A program made the translations under genes and the position numbers. From the human T2T-CHM13v2.0 reference genome, Homo sapiens: a DNA stretch of 64,000 bases. Numbering within the stretch: position 1 is the first letter of the stretch; every line of letters begins with the position of its first letter. Location: assembly GCF_009914755.1 (NCBI RefSeq), contig NC_060948.1; one strand, written 5' to 3'. A model generated the notes under the pieces. It saw only the letters and a program-made list of their open reading frames with translations. It was not told the origin of the DNA and did no database searches. Below are positions 51,005-63,635 of the stretch, piece after piece.

Positions 51005-54000
51005 TGTCCTTTTTATGGCTGCATAGTATTCCACGGTTTATATGTGCCATATTTTCTTAATCCAGTCTATCATTGATGGACAATTTGGTTGGTTTCAAGT
51101 CTTTGCTATGGTGAATAGTGCGATAATAAACATACGTGTGCATGTATCTTTATAGCAGCATGATTTATAACCCTTTGGGTATATACTCAGTAATGGGATT
51201 GCTGGGTCAAATGGTAATTCTAATTTTAAATCCTTGCGGAATTACCACACTGTCTTCCACAATGGTTGAACTAATTTACACTCTCCCAAACAGTGTAAAA
51301 GCATTCCTATTTCTCCACATCCACACCAGCATCTGTCGTTTCCTGACTTTTTAATGATTGCCGTTCCAAGTGGCTTGAGATGATATCTCATTTTGGTTTT
51401 GATTTGCATTTCCCTGTTGACCAGTGATGATGAGCATTTCTTCATGTGTCTGTTGGCTGCATAAATGTCTTCTTTTGAGAAGTGTCTGTTCATATCCTTT
51501 GCCCTCCTTTTGATGAGGTGTTTTTTTTTTTTAATGAAAATTTGTTTGTGTTCTTTGTAGATTCTGATATTAGCCATTTGTAAGATGGGTAGATTGCAAA
51601 AATTTTCTCCCATTCTGTACGTTGCCTGTTCACTCTGATGGTAGTTTCTTTTGCCATTCAGAAGTTCTTTAGTTTAATTAGATCTTATTTGTCTATTTTG
51701 GCCTCTGTTGCCATTAATTTTGGTGTTTTAGTCATGAAGTACTTGCCCATGCCTATGTCCTGAATGGTATTGTCTATGTTTTCTTCTAGGGTTTTTACGG
51801 TTTTATATTTAATATTTAAGTCTTTAATTCATATTGAATTAGCTTTTATGTAAGGTGTAAGGAAGAGATCCAGTTTCAGCCTTCTAAAAATGGCCAGCCC
51901 CTTTTCCCAGCACCATTTACGACATAGGGAGTCAATTCCCCATTTCTTCTTTTTGTCAGATTCATCAGAGATAAGATGATTGCAGATGTGTGGTATTATT
52001 TCAGAGGCCTCTTTTCTGTTCCATTGGTCAATACATCTCTTTTGGTACAAGTACCATACTGTTTTGTTTACTGTAGGCTTGTAGTATAGTTTGAAGTCAG
52101 GTAGCATGATGTCTCCAGCTTTTTTTTTCTTCTTCTTCTTAGGATTATCTTAGCAATATGGCCTATTTTTGGGCTCCATATGAACTGTACCTTTTTTTTT
52201 CCAAATCTCTGAAGAAAGTCACTGGTGGCTTGATGGGAATGGCATTGCTTGTATAAATTACTTTGGACACTATGGCCATTTTCAAGGTATTCATTCTTCA
52301 TACTCATTATCGTAGAATATCCTTCCATTTGTTTCTGTCCTTTTTGATTTCGTTGAGCAGTGTTTTGTAGTTTTTCCTGAAGAGGTCCTTCACATTCCTT
52401 GTAAGCTGGATTCCTAGGTATTTTATACTCTTTGAAGCACTTGTGAATGGGAGTTCACTTGTGATTTGGCTCTCTGTTTGTCTGTTAATGGTGTACAGGA
52501 GTGTTTGTGATTTTTGCACACTGATTTTGTATGCTGAGACTTTGCTGAAGTTGCTTATCAGCTTAAGTAGATTTTGGGCTGAGACAATGGGTTTTCTCAA
52601 TATACAATCATGTTATCCGAAAACAGGGACAATTTGACTTCCTCTTTTCCTTATTGAATACCCTTTATTTCTTTCTCTTGCCTGATTGCCCTGGACAGAA
52701 CTTCCAACACTATGTTGAATAGGAATGGTGAGAGAGGGCATCCTTGTCTTGTGCCGGTTTTCCAAAGGAATGCCTCCAGTATTTGTCCACTCTGTCGGAT
52801 ATTGTCTGTGGGTTTGTCAGTAGCTTTTATTATTTTGAGATATGTTCCATCAATACCTAGTTTATTGAGAGTTTTTAGCATGAAGGGTTGTTGAATTTTG
52901 TCAAAGGCCTTTCCTGCATCTATTGAGATAATCATGTGATTTTTGTCATTGGTTCAGTTTATATGATGGATTAGGTATATTGATTTACATAAATTGAACC
53001 ACATTTGCATCCCAGGGATGAAGCTGATGTGATAGTAGTAGATAAGCTTTTTGTTGTGCTGATGGATTCAGTTTGCCAGTATTTTATTGAGGATGTTCGC
53101 ATGGATGTTTATCTGGGCTATTGGTCTAAACTTCTCTTTTTGCTTGTGTGTCTCTGCCAGGCCTTGGTATCAGGATGAAGTTGTCCTCATAAAATGAGTT
53201 GGGGAGGATTCTCTCTTTTTTTTATTGATTGGAATAGTTTCAGAAGGAATGGTACCAGTCCCTCTTTGTACCTCTGGTAGAATTTGGGTGTGAATCCACC
53301 TGGTCCTGGGCTTTTTTTTGGTTGGTAAGCTATTAATTATTTACTCAATTTCAGAGGCTGTTGCTAGTCTATTCAGAGATTCAACTTCTTCCTGGTTTAG
53401 TTTTTGAAGGGTGTATGTGTCAGGAATTTATCCATTTCTTCTAGATTTTCTAGTTTATTTTGTTAGAGGTGTTTATAGTATTCTCTGAGGGTAGTTTGTA
53501 CTTCTGTGGGATCGATGGTGATATCCCCTTTATCATTTTTTATAGCTTCTATTTTATTCTTCTCTCTTTGCTTCTTTATTAGCCTTGCTAGGGGTCTTTC
53601 AATTTTGTTGATCTTTTCAAAAAAAAAAAAAAAAAAAAAAAAACCCAGTTCCTGGATTCATTGATTTTTTGAAGGGTTTTTTGTGTCTCTATCTCTTTCC
53701 GTTCTGCTCTGCTCTGATCTTAGTTATTTCTTGCCTTCTGCTACCTTTCGAATTTGTTTGCTCTTGCCTCTCTATTTCTTTTAGTTCTGATGTTAGGTTG
53801 TCAATTTTATATCTTTCCTGCTATCTTTTGTGACATTTACTGCTATACATTTCCCTCTGCCGACTGCTTTAAATGTGTTTCAGAGATTGTGGCATGTTGT
53901 GTCTTTGTTCTCATTGGTTTCAAGGAATGTCTGTATATCTGCCTTCATTTTGTTATTTACCCAGCAATCATTCAGGAGCAAGTTGTTAAGTTCCCCTGTA

Positions 54001-56888
54001 GTTGTGCAGTTTTGAGTGAGTTTCTTAATGCTGAGTTCTAATTTGATTACACTGTGGTCTGAGAGACACTTTGTTGTGATTTCTGTTCTTTTACAATTGC
54101 TGAGGAGTGCTTTACTTCAGGTTATGTGGTCAATTTTAGAATAAGTGTGATGTGGTGCTGAGAAGAATGTATATGCTCTTGATTTAGGGTGGAGAGTTCT
54201 GTAGGTGTCTATTAGGCCAGTTTGTTACAGAGCTGAGTTTAAGTGCTGGATATCCTTGTTAACCTTCTGTCTCATTGATCTGTTGATTAATGAGACAACA
54301 TTGACTGTGGGGTGTTGAAGTCTCCCATTATTATTGTGTGGGTGTCTAAGTCTCTTTGTAGGTCTCTAAGGACTTACTTTCTGAATCTGGGTTGTGTATT
54401 GGGTGAATATATATTTAGAATTCTTAGCTCTTCTTCATGAATTGATCCCTTTATCATTAGGTAATGGCCTTCTTTGTCTCTTTTGATCTTTGTTCGTTAA
54501 AAGTCTGTTTTATCAGAGGCTAGGATTGCAACTCCTACTTATATTTTTTTCTGCTTTCCATTTGCTTGGTATATCTTCTTCCATTCATTTATTGTGAGCT
54601 TATGTGCATCTTTGCATGTGAGATGGGTCTCCTGAATACAGCACACTGATGGATCTTGACTCTTTATCCAATTTACCCATCTGTGTCTTTGAACTGGGGC
54701 ATGTAGCCTCTTTACACTTAAGGTTAATATTGTTATGTGTAAATTTGGTCCTGTCATTATGACGTTGGCTGTGTAGTTTGCCTGTTAATTGATACAGTCT
54801 CTTGATAGCATCGATGGTCTTTAAAATTTGCTTTTGCAGTTGCTGATACTGGTTGTTTTTTTCCATGTTTAGTGTTTCCTTCAGGAACTCTTGTAAGGCA
54901 GGCCTGGTCGTGACAGAATCTCTCAGAATTTCCTTATTTTTAAAGGATTTTATTTCTGCTTCACTTATAAAGCTTAGTTTGGCTGGATATGAAATTCTGT
55001 GCTGAAAATTCTTTTCTTTAAGAATGTTGAATATTCGCCCCCCACTCTCTTCTGGCTTGTAGGGTTTCTGCTAAGAGATCCAATGTTAGTCTGATGGGCT
55101 TCCCTTTGTGGGTAACTCAACCTTTCTCTCTGTCTGACCTTAACACTTTTTCCATCATGTCAACCTTGGTGAACCTGACAATTGTATGTCTTGTGGTTGC
55201 TTTTCTCAAGGAGTATCTTTGTGGCATTCTCTGTATTTCCTGAATTTGAATGTTGGCCTGCCTTGTTAGGTTGGGGAAGTTCTCCTGGATAATATCCTGA
55301 AGAGTGTTTTCTAAGTTGGTTCCATTCTTTCCATCACTTTCAGATACACCAATTAAACTTAGATTTGGTCTTTTCACTTAGTCCCATATTTCTCAGAGAT
55401 TTTGTTTCTTTTTACTCTTTTTTCTCTAACCTTGTCTTCTCAGTTTCTTTTATTAATGAGATCTTCAGTCACTGATACCCTTTCTTCCACTTGATTGAAT
55501 CAGCTACTGAAGCTTGTGCATGCATGACAAAGTTCTTGTGCCACAGTTTTCAGCTCCGTCAGGTCATTTAAAATCCTCTCTACACTATTTATTCTAGTTA
55601 GCCATTCATCTCATCTTTTTCCAAGGTTTTTAGCTTCCTTGTGATAGATTGGAACATGAAACTTTAGCTCAAATAGTTTTGTTATTACCAACCTCCTGAA
55701 GCCTACTTCTGTCAGCTCATCAGATTCATTCTCTGTCCAGTTTTGTTGCATTGCTTGTGAGGAATTGTGATCCATTGCAGAAGAAGCACTCAATTTTTAA
55801 AACTTTCAGCTTTTCTGCTGTAGTTTCTCTCCATCTTTGTGGTTTTATCTACCTTGTGTCTTTGATGTTGTTGACCTACAGATGGAGTTTTGGTGTAGAT
55901 GAACTTTTTGCTTATGTTGATGCTCTTCCTTTCTATTTGTTAGTTTTCCTTCTAACACTTAGGTCCCTCAGCTGCAGGACTTTTGGGATTTGGTGTAGTC
56001 CACTGCAGATTGTGTTTGCCTGGGTGTCACCAGCAGAGGATGCAGAACAGCAAATATTTCAGAACAGCAAATATTGCTGCCTGATCCTTCCTCTGGAAGC
56101 TTCATCCCAGAGGGGCAGCTGCCTATATGAGGTGTCTGTCAGCCCCTACTGGGAGCTGTCTCCCAGATAGGTTACACAGGGGTCAGGGACAGATGAGAGG
56201 AGGCAGCCTGTCCATTCTCAGACTTCAAATGGCATGCTAGGAGAACCACTGCTCTCTTCAGAGCTGTCAGACAGGGACATTTAAGTCTGCCAAAGTTGTC
56301 TGCTGCCTTTAGTTCAACTGTGCCCTGCCCACAGAGGTGTAGTCTACAGGCAGTAGGCCTTGTTGAGCTGTGGTGGGCTCCACCCAGTTTTAGCTTCCTG
56401 GGTGCTTTGTTTACCTGCTCAAGACTTAGCAATTGTGAACGCCTTTCTACCAGCCAGGCTGCCACATCAGAGCTTGATCTCAGACTGCTGAGCTAGCAGT
56501 GAGCAAGGCTCTGTGGGCATGGGACCCACCAAGCCAGGCATGGGACCCACCAAGCTAGGCATGGGAGAGAATTACTTTGTCTGCTGGATGCTAAGACCTT
56601 GGGTAAAGTGCAGTATTTGGGCAGGAGTGCTCCGTTTTTCCAGGTAGTCTGTCACAGCTTCCCTTGGCTAGGAAAGGGAAATTCCCCGACTGCTTGCACT
56701 TCACAGGAGGGGTGATGCCCTGCCCTGCTTCAGCTCATTCACTGTGGGCTGCACCCACTGCCCTGCCATTCCCAATGAGATGAACCAGATACCTCAGTGG
56801 GAAATGCAGAAATCACTGATCTTCTGCATTGATCATGCTGGGAGCTGCAGACTGGAGCTGTTCCTATTTGGCCATATTGGAACACCCT
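51005..56888 (-). mobile_element. Near-full-length L1PA6/7-type LINE-1 lacking its 3' end
   Basis: 5'UTR start (ccaatatggccaaatagg), ORF1 and ORF2 remnants (MTGPNLHITILTL...), ending at gcagccataaaaaggaca with no 3'UTR or poly-A. More diverged than the L1PA3. Confidence 0.9.
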
Positions 56889-56917
56889 CAGAAAAAAATA
56901 GGATGCATTTTTAAAGG

Positions 56918-56981
56918 TTTTTTTTTTTTTTTTTTTGAGATGGGGTCTCATTCTGTTGTCCAGGCTGCAGTGCAGTGGTGT
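56918..56981 (-). mobile_element. Alu 3'-end stub (about 45 bp plus T-tract)
   Basis: T-run, then gagatggggtctcattctgttgtccaggctgcagtgcagtggtg, then an abrupt switch to non-Alu sequence. Confidence 0.8.
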
Positions 56982-57229
56982 GGAGAGTGCTTCCTCCACA
57001 CACTTCCCTGTCCCTTTCAATCAACTGGCTGTGAGATCACTGAAACCAGAGATCTCAGGTTCAGAACAGGCCCAAGTGGGGTTGTGGCTGCCCCTCTGCA
57101 TTTCAAGGTCACTGTGTGGCATAATGAGGTCTTTGGCTGCAGAAAAGGGCATTGCGTTTTCTGAGGAGGGCTTGGTGAGTTGATTTGAGAGACAACACAA
57201 GCACCAAGATTTGGAATGTCCCAGGTTAG

Positions 57230-57815
57230 TGTTGGGGAAACCAGCCACATAAGACCCAGTGGGTACCCCGAATCTGGAGGAGACAAAGGTGTTAGAAAGA
57301 GACAGAATAAGCACTTAAAAGGTAGGTCCAGGGCACCAGAGCATTGGAGACTTGCTCATGGCCTGGAGCTCTCAGGCTCCACCCAATTTATTGGTTTACA
57401 AATTCTTTGTCCTTAAGGAGATGGGAGGGGGAGGAAGGAATAAGGAAAAGGATTAAGCAGTGAAGGAGAACTCATCAGCCATTCAATAAGATGTATAGCA
57501 CTGGTGGTTTCTGTGAATTTCCTTGAGCAAAGGCATGTGTCTAAACTACTTAAGATCTTCAACTTATCATGACTGAAATGGGTGGGAGTGGGTTTCAGGA
57601 GGAGCCAAGATGTTTTATTATATTCCACTGCTTCAAGGGAACGTTATCTTCCTGAGCAACCAGTGGAATGCCGCTGAGTGGTTATGCTCTGGGGGCATAA
57701 ATACATGAAGGTAATAAGGAGATTTTTCTTCTCAGAGGCTGCCCATGGCTCCCCATGGGTGTCTCATACAGGGGAGACCAACTTAATTGGCACCCCAGAA
57801 ACTTTGTTTCCCACA
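57230..57815 (-). mobile_element. Solo LTR14C-like (HERV-K14C) LTR
   Basis: 586 bp, TG...CA. Minus strand starts tgtgggaaacaaagtttctggggtgccaa. 5-bp TSD gttag at 57225-57229 and 57816-57820. Confidence 0.85.
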
Positions 57816-58043
57816 GTTAGTAATTATGGGTTGTTGGTTTAGACCAAAGATAGGGCCAGAGATGAACAAAGAATATTGGGGTGCCCCTGTGGTAACAGCA
57901 TTTTCCAGCCAGCAGGCTTGCTTTACCTGCTGGGAAGAAGGATGTACCTCAGAGTCCCACAAAACCTCTTCTCCCATCTTATCTCTTTTAGAGAGACATG
58001 AATAAAATGGGCCTCAACAATCCCAAGAGACCACTCAAGGACA

Positions 58044-58112
58044 ATGGGAGCCACTGGGCTTGGCTTTCTACTTTCCTGGAGACAAGACAATTTGAATGGC
58101 ACTGACTGCCAG
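58044..58112 (+). CDS. PRY: PRY first coding exon (coding part)
   Basis: MGATGLGFLLSWRQDNLNGTDCQ|gtactg matches the PRY N-terminus. Acceptor ctcttttag at 57990-57991. Confidence 0.9.
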
Positions 58113-60224
58113 GTACTGTCATCATATGGGCCATGAGAACATCTCACCTGTTCAGTACCCCTCTACATTTTAGTGGGGACTAGGACATGGAATATGTGTA
58201 GGGATGATAGTGCCCTGTCACTGGGATCAGGACAGACCACAGGGAAGGGGAAGCTGCCAGCAAGGAGCCTGGGTCAGGGGCCAGGTTTGGGAAGCAGTTT
58301 CCTCTGACCCAACACTTGTTCCTGCAGCTGGACACATTACCTAAATTTATGTCTATTTTGGAGAATGGTGAAAACAGACTTAGAAAAAGACACTTGTAGG
58401 CCGGCCACCTAAAGACAAACTCAGCTGTCATTGTGGTGTGTTTATTTTTAGTATTTTGTTTCTTTTGCTTTTCTCATGTTTCTGCTACATATCAGTACTT
58501 TTTTGAGCAGCCTCCCTGCACTCTGTGATCTTTACTTGATGAGGAGGATCATTTAAGAATAAGAAAACTGGAGGCTGGCCTGCTGTGGATCTGTTCTACA
58601 TTTAGGGCTGTCCTAAATCTTGTCTGGCCTTCACACCATGTGCACATTTGCTCCTCCTTTCCACATACCATTAGGATATTAGCATCTTTCTTGACACCTC
58701 TTGGGCCTGCTTCCATTTAGATCCTGCCCTGCCCAGGTATGTGTCCCTAAGCAGGTTCATGTGACCTTTCACCTGTAAAATAGAGATGGTGCCAGGATCT
58801 GCCATGGGGATTTTTGCAAAGCTTAAGTCAGGCTGGTTGTCAAAAGCCTAAGAGTACAATTGAGACACAGTGAGCATTCATGAAATACCAATGCTTTATT
58901 ATCAAGTGCTGCCTAATAGTTCTTGAGGATCAACCATCATTTAATCCCATAACTATTAAGCTCTTGATAATTGTTTTCCTATTTTCAATACTGGAGGACA
59001 ACACTTCATTGAAGGTCATTGTAAATAAAGTGCTAATATATTATCAGTTTCCAGTAATAAGCTTTATTAAGCGCCTCAAGGGGGCCAGGTAATTCAGAGC
59101 CTGACCCAAGTCTTTGCAGCCACAGGGAAAACGGTAAAGGCATGTAATTTGTTATATCCTGGGGTCCACAGCCACCAGTAGCCAAATTGAAACAGGAACC
59201 CACATTCCTGAGCTTGGCTTCAGTTTCTTTCCAGGTCCTACTGCTCTGGCCTGAGAGAGCCTCTGCCCACCAAAATACGGTGTTCTCTGTTTCCCACAGG
59301 CCACTGCAGGGTGGCAACATGTACCAGTAGGGGCCCAACCATGATGTCGCCACCCTCCCCCTCATCTTTCCTGCTCATTACCTCTGCCCTCTGGCTGCTT
59401 GCAGTAACATGATGGACCCCTCTATGGCTGCACCTGCATCATGGCTGGTTCCTCTAGCATTGGCATCCTCCAAGAAAATTTCCTTCCAGACTGTGCAGTT
59501 GGTCTACTGCTAGCGGCTGGACTTCATGATGCACTGCAGACACCTCTGTGGCTGTGTCTATTGATACCCTTGCTGATGGCTACACGTGGATCTGCTTTGG
59601 ACAGATCTTGAGTTTTTGAGCTGGATGTGGTGATTACTTGAGTCTTGTTTGAGGGAGTGGAAGTGTGGGTAGAGCTAGGATTTTCTGCTGGAATCTGTGG
59701 TGTTTAATTAGATGTGGAACCCGTACCCTGGAACAGAGAATCTTCCTAGAGTCTCTGACACCACAAATTACTTCCCATATATTTTATTTTGAAAATAAAA
59801 ATATATGCACATGACTGAAAAATACAGAGATGAGGCAAGGGTAACTCAGAAGGAACTGCCACCATGTGCACCTAACCCTAGTCCCCTGAATTACCTGTTA
59901 ACACCTGGTACAACAGAGGAAGGCTGAGTTTCTTAGACCTCTGACCTTTCCTCCACCCTCACACAATGATAGAAATATCATGATTTTAGTTTCTTTCTTA
60001 GTTATCATTGATGTTGAAAGTAACTGTAGAGTATATGTATATTTATGTATATATTTTTTCAATCCAATGCAATAGAATCTTGTGACTTTCTTCTTGTAGG
60101 AAGTATATTGGCACTTTGAATTCACCTACATTTCTTGGTATTCTATAGGTATATACATATTTTTTCTTTAGCTTTCTCTTTTCTTGGAGTTTCTAATTGC
60201 CTTTTCTTCTTTCTTTCTATTTAA

Positions 60225-60313
60225 AATTAAATTAAAATTAAATTAAATTAAAATTAAATTAAATTTAAAATTAAATTAAATTAAGTTGGAACTAAATTAA
60301 AATTCAAATTAAA
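60225..60313. repeat. (TTAAA)n AT-rich low-complexity repeat
   Basis: Seen directly. Confidence 0.85.
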
Positions 60314-60698
60314 TCTCCTTTTATCACATCCTTATCATCTTCCCTCATTTCTAACCTCCCACCTGAAAAATCACTGGTGGACACCTTCCGTTTTCCTGTT
60401 CCTATCCCACCAACATCTCTCTAGGCCTGGGGTGGAGCTGTCATTCCCAGAGCTTTTATAACTGCCTCCCTGGGTTTTTACATGTCAAATGCTATTTCGC
60501 TACTGCAACTATGGGACAAATCTCCCAGAGAGCTAACCACTTTTCTTAGGTTTATTTTGTTAATTGTATGTGGTTTTGAAATATTTTTTAGATTCTGTCT
60601 TCCAATTTTTGAGAGTTACACATTTTAAGAGAATTTCAAGCTGTTGTTCCTAATCTCTGAATTTTCCTATTATCTTCCTAAATTTTGTTATTTTTCAG

Positions 60699-60814
60699 GG
60701 ATGCAATATTTTATACTTCTCTGAGACTACGGGGAGCATGTGTTCTGAACTTTCCTTGAACAGAGGTCTTGAGGCCAGAAGGAAGAAGGATCTTAAAGAC
60801 TCATTTCTCTGGAG
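60699..60814 (+). CDS. PRY: PRY second coding exon
   Basis: tttttcag|GCNILYFSETTGSMCSELSLNRGLEARRKKDLKDSFLW(R)|gtgagt. 116 nt, in frame with the previous exon. Confidence 0.92.
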
Positions 60815-61544
60815 GTGAGTTGTCTGTTGATCATATTTGCCTTTGTTTGTTTTTTTTGTTTGTTTGCATTTTTTAAAAACTGTTGGTCTCTCACGTTTGC
60901 CTCTGTAATTAGCATTAAGGCTGAAATGGGGATTGTCACACGCTCATTTCACATTGGGACAAGAGGAACTGGCCTTCAAACCAGGGGCCTACAAATGGGA
61001 AGGATGATTTCCTCTGGGAATCCCTAAGCTTCCTTCTTTCCTCTGCAGAAACCTTCACCTTCAGTTGCCCTGCTGCTTCCTTGGCATGGCGATGTTCTTC
61101 CTCCACTTGCAACCTGATCACACAACTGTGGACATTGTTCTCATGGCTTTTCCCTTCTCTTTGTCGTGAAGAGAGAAGATGCAACCCGTTTCTCTACTAT
61201 GATGGAACCAGAATGTCCATATTAGAACTTTAACATTATTTCCTCTACATCAGAGGCCACATTGGCTTCTGCCTGAAAGAGGAAATTGCAGAAAACAGAC
61301 ACAAGGATGGGAAGGTCACATTGACATATAAAGTTCCTGAGGGGCAGCTGGGTATTGTGTTAGGTGGTCACTCTTCTGTTCAGGAGGAAGGACTGTGTGA
61401 GCCTTTCCCAAAGGCCTGTTCAGTGTCTGAGCTCAGGGCCAACTTAATTTCAGTGTGCAGCCTTATAGATTAGGAAAAGAAAACAATCTGCCTCATCAGG
61501 TCTCCTGCCCAACCTTATTCCTTGCTCTGGATCATGATTGCTTA

Positions 61545-62110
61545 TTTAAAAACAGCTTTGTTGGCATGTGATTGGCATATGGTAAACTGCACCTGTGTAG
61601 ATGGAAGAACTGATGGTTTCTCCATGTGAGTATTTCATTCACCGCAAGGCCAGAAGTGTGATGAAGGTCATGAAAACACATCTTCCTCCCATCAATAACG
61701 ATCACTCCCTGGCCACCCTAGGACCACAGATCTGCTTCTTTCACTAAAAACTTGTGGGTATTTTATAGAATTACAGGTAAATACAGTATGTACTTGGGTC
61801 TTTGTGCGTCGTTCTGATCTGGCTTCTTTTATTCAGCAGAACTACTTTCAGAGTCACTCTGTTCTGAGTGCATCAACAGTCCATTCCTTTTCATGCTGAG
61901 CCACATGCCATTGTATAGATGTGCCACAGCTTGTTCACCCTTCTTCTGTGTATGGGCATTTGGGCTCCTGGTTTGGGACCATTATGTGTAAGGATGTCAT
62001 GAATATTTATTTATGTATGTAGCCTGTGAGCTTGCCTTCATTTCTCATGGTTCATTCCTAGGAGTGCAGTGGCCACATCATGTCATGGTAGGTCTGCATC
62101 GACCTTGTTA
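61545..62110 (-). mobile_element. Old L1M 3' end
   Basis: aacagctttgttg..., tctggcttcttttattcagca, ccattgtatagatgtgccacag. Confidence 0.6.
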
Positions 62111-62900
62111 AGGAATCACTGTCCCTTGTGCTAAGTGTTTGGTCCATTGCCTGCTTTCTCTCTTGCTCCCTCTGATTTAGTCATACAAACCTCTTGTATC
62201 CTTCACCCTCCAGGGCAATAACTTCTTAGCATACCGCCTTTCTTTACACTTGGAATCACCAGCTCCTTCTTTATGTGCTGGCTCTGATTCCCTCACTAAA
62301 TTTGCCCTTTGTGCCCCATGTGTGACCCATTCCCATTGATACACCCTATGTATGAGAGGGCTTTGGGATAAGAGACTGTTTCTGATGAGTATCGAGTACT
62401 ACAATGGCTCTGAATGGAAGAAAGATGACTGGGTGGGTCTTGTCAACCATTGTCCCTGGAGCTCATCTTTGTTGTTACAAATAAGTCTGGGTGTGGCCTG
62501 GGCATATGTTCAAGTACTCGCAAACCTTTTCTAAATGACAACTGGAGACCAGGCCATGGGCTGGAATGTGAGTATGAAGTTACTTGGAAGCTGTGTGATT
62601 GAAAGTGAGTCACTCAGTCACTGGATCCTGGCATTTTTCTCTACATGTGGGACTACCCATACTTTGCAGAGTTGCTGTGAGTTCACCTGAGTAAGACACC
62701 TGCATGCACTTGTGATCAGAAAATGTTAATTTCCCTTTATTGAAATGGAACAACCCATGGATATTATGTGCTGAGGTCTGGATCAAAATAGAGCATGATA
62801 CTGAAGACCTTGTAAACCCTGAGGAGGCATCACTGATCACTGGGTGTCCGGAAAGGCAGCAGAGAAAAACTGACCTGGAAGTGAAATTGGCCCGTGGGTT

Positions 62901-63635
62901 TGTTACAGTTGGTTAAACAGTCATGAGTGGGGCAAGAGCGGGTTCTCCACATCCGCATACCAGGAATGTCAGGCCATCGGGTGATGGTTGGACAGTTATC
63001 ATATTGCTTCTCTAAAAATAATAATTTAGCGGCTGGGGCCAGGGATAGCCTGATACACAGCTGGTAACATTAAAGTGTTAATTAAACTCACATGCCAGAG
63101 AGGAGGAAAAAGGGCGTCCCATAAAATCTCAGACATTGGATGACTGAACCCAGGAGTGCACATTAAGAGACAAAATGGTGGAGTATGACTTTCTGGGGTC
63201 ACCCCACCAATAAAAGGGAGGAAGCCTCAGATGGGCATACATATAACTGCTTAAACACACTGTCTATACTTACTTCCCAAGGGTAAGGAGGGCACTGTGC
63301 CTGTGGGCAGCCCATGCTAGGGGAAGAATCATGGGAAAGGGTGCACCAGATGCTGGCGGTAGGCCAGCCTAAAATGTCCCAGAAGGAAGGTTAATGGCCA
63401 CACTTCTTCAAGTCACCCATTTGGATCTCTTTCGAGTGCAATTTTCATTCTTTCCTGCTCTAAAGCTTTTTAATAAACGTCCACTCCTGCTGTGAAACTT
63501 GCCATGGCATTTTCTTCCTTCTTCCTTCTTTATGCCCACCAGTTGAATTCTTTCACCTGAGGAGGCAAGAATTGATATTGCTAAAGACCCGGACGGATTT
63601 GCTGCCAGTAACTCAGATACTTTTCACCGGTAACA
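62901..63635 (+). mobile_element. MER50-like solo LTR
   Basis: tgttacag...accaggaatgtcagg...aataaa (63472)...caccggtaaca; 735 bp TG...CA, flanks ggtt/ggtc. Confidence 0.78.

Larger units (their letters stand above)
57992..60814 (+). pseudogene. PRY: PRY locus copy (5'-truncated, PRYP3/PRYP4-type); last exon expected beyond the window
   Basis: Two consecutive PRY coding exons with canonical splice sites. Upstream sequence is LTR, Alu stub and L1, with no recognisable PRY 5' exons. Confidence 0.8.
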
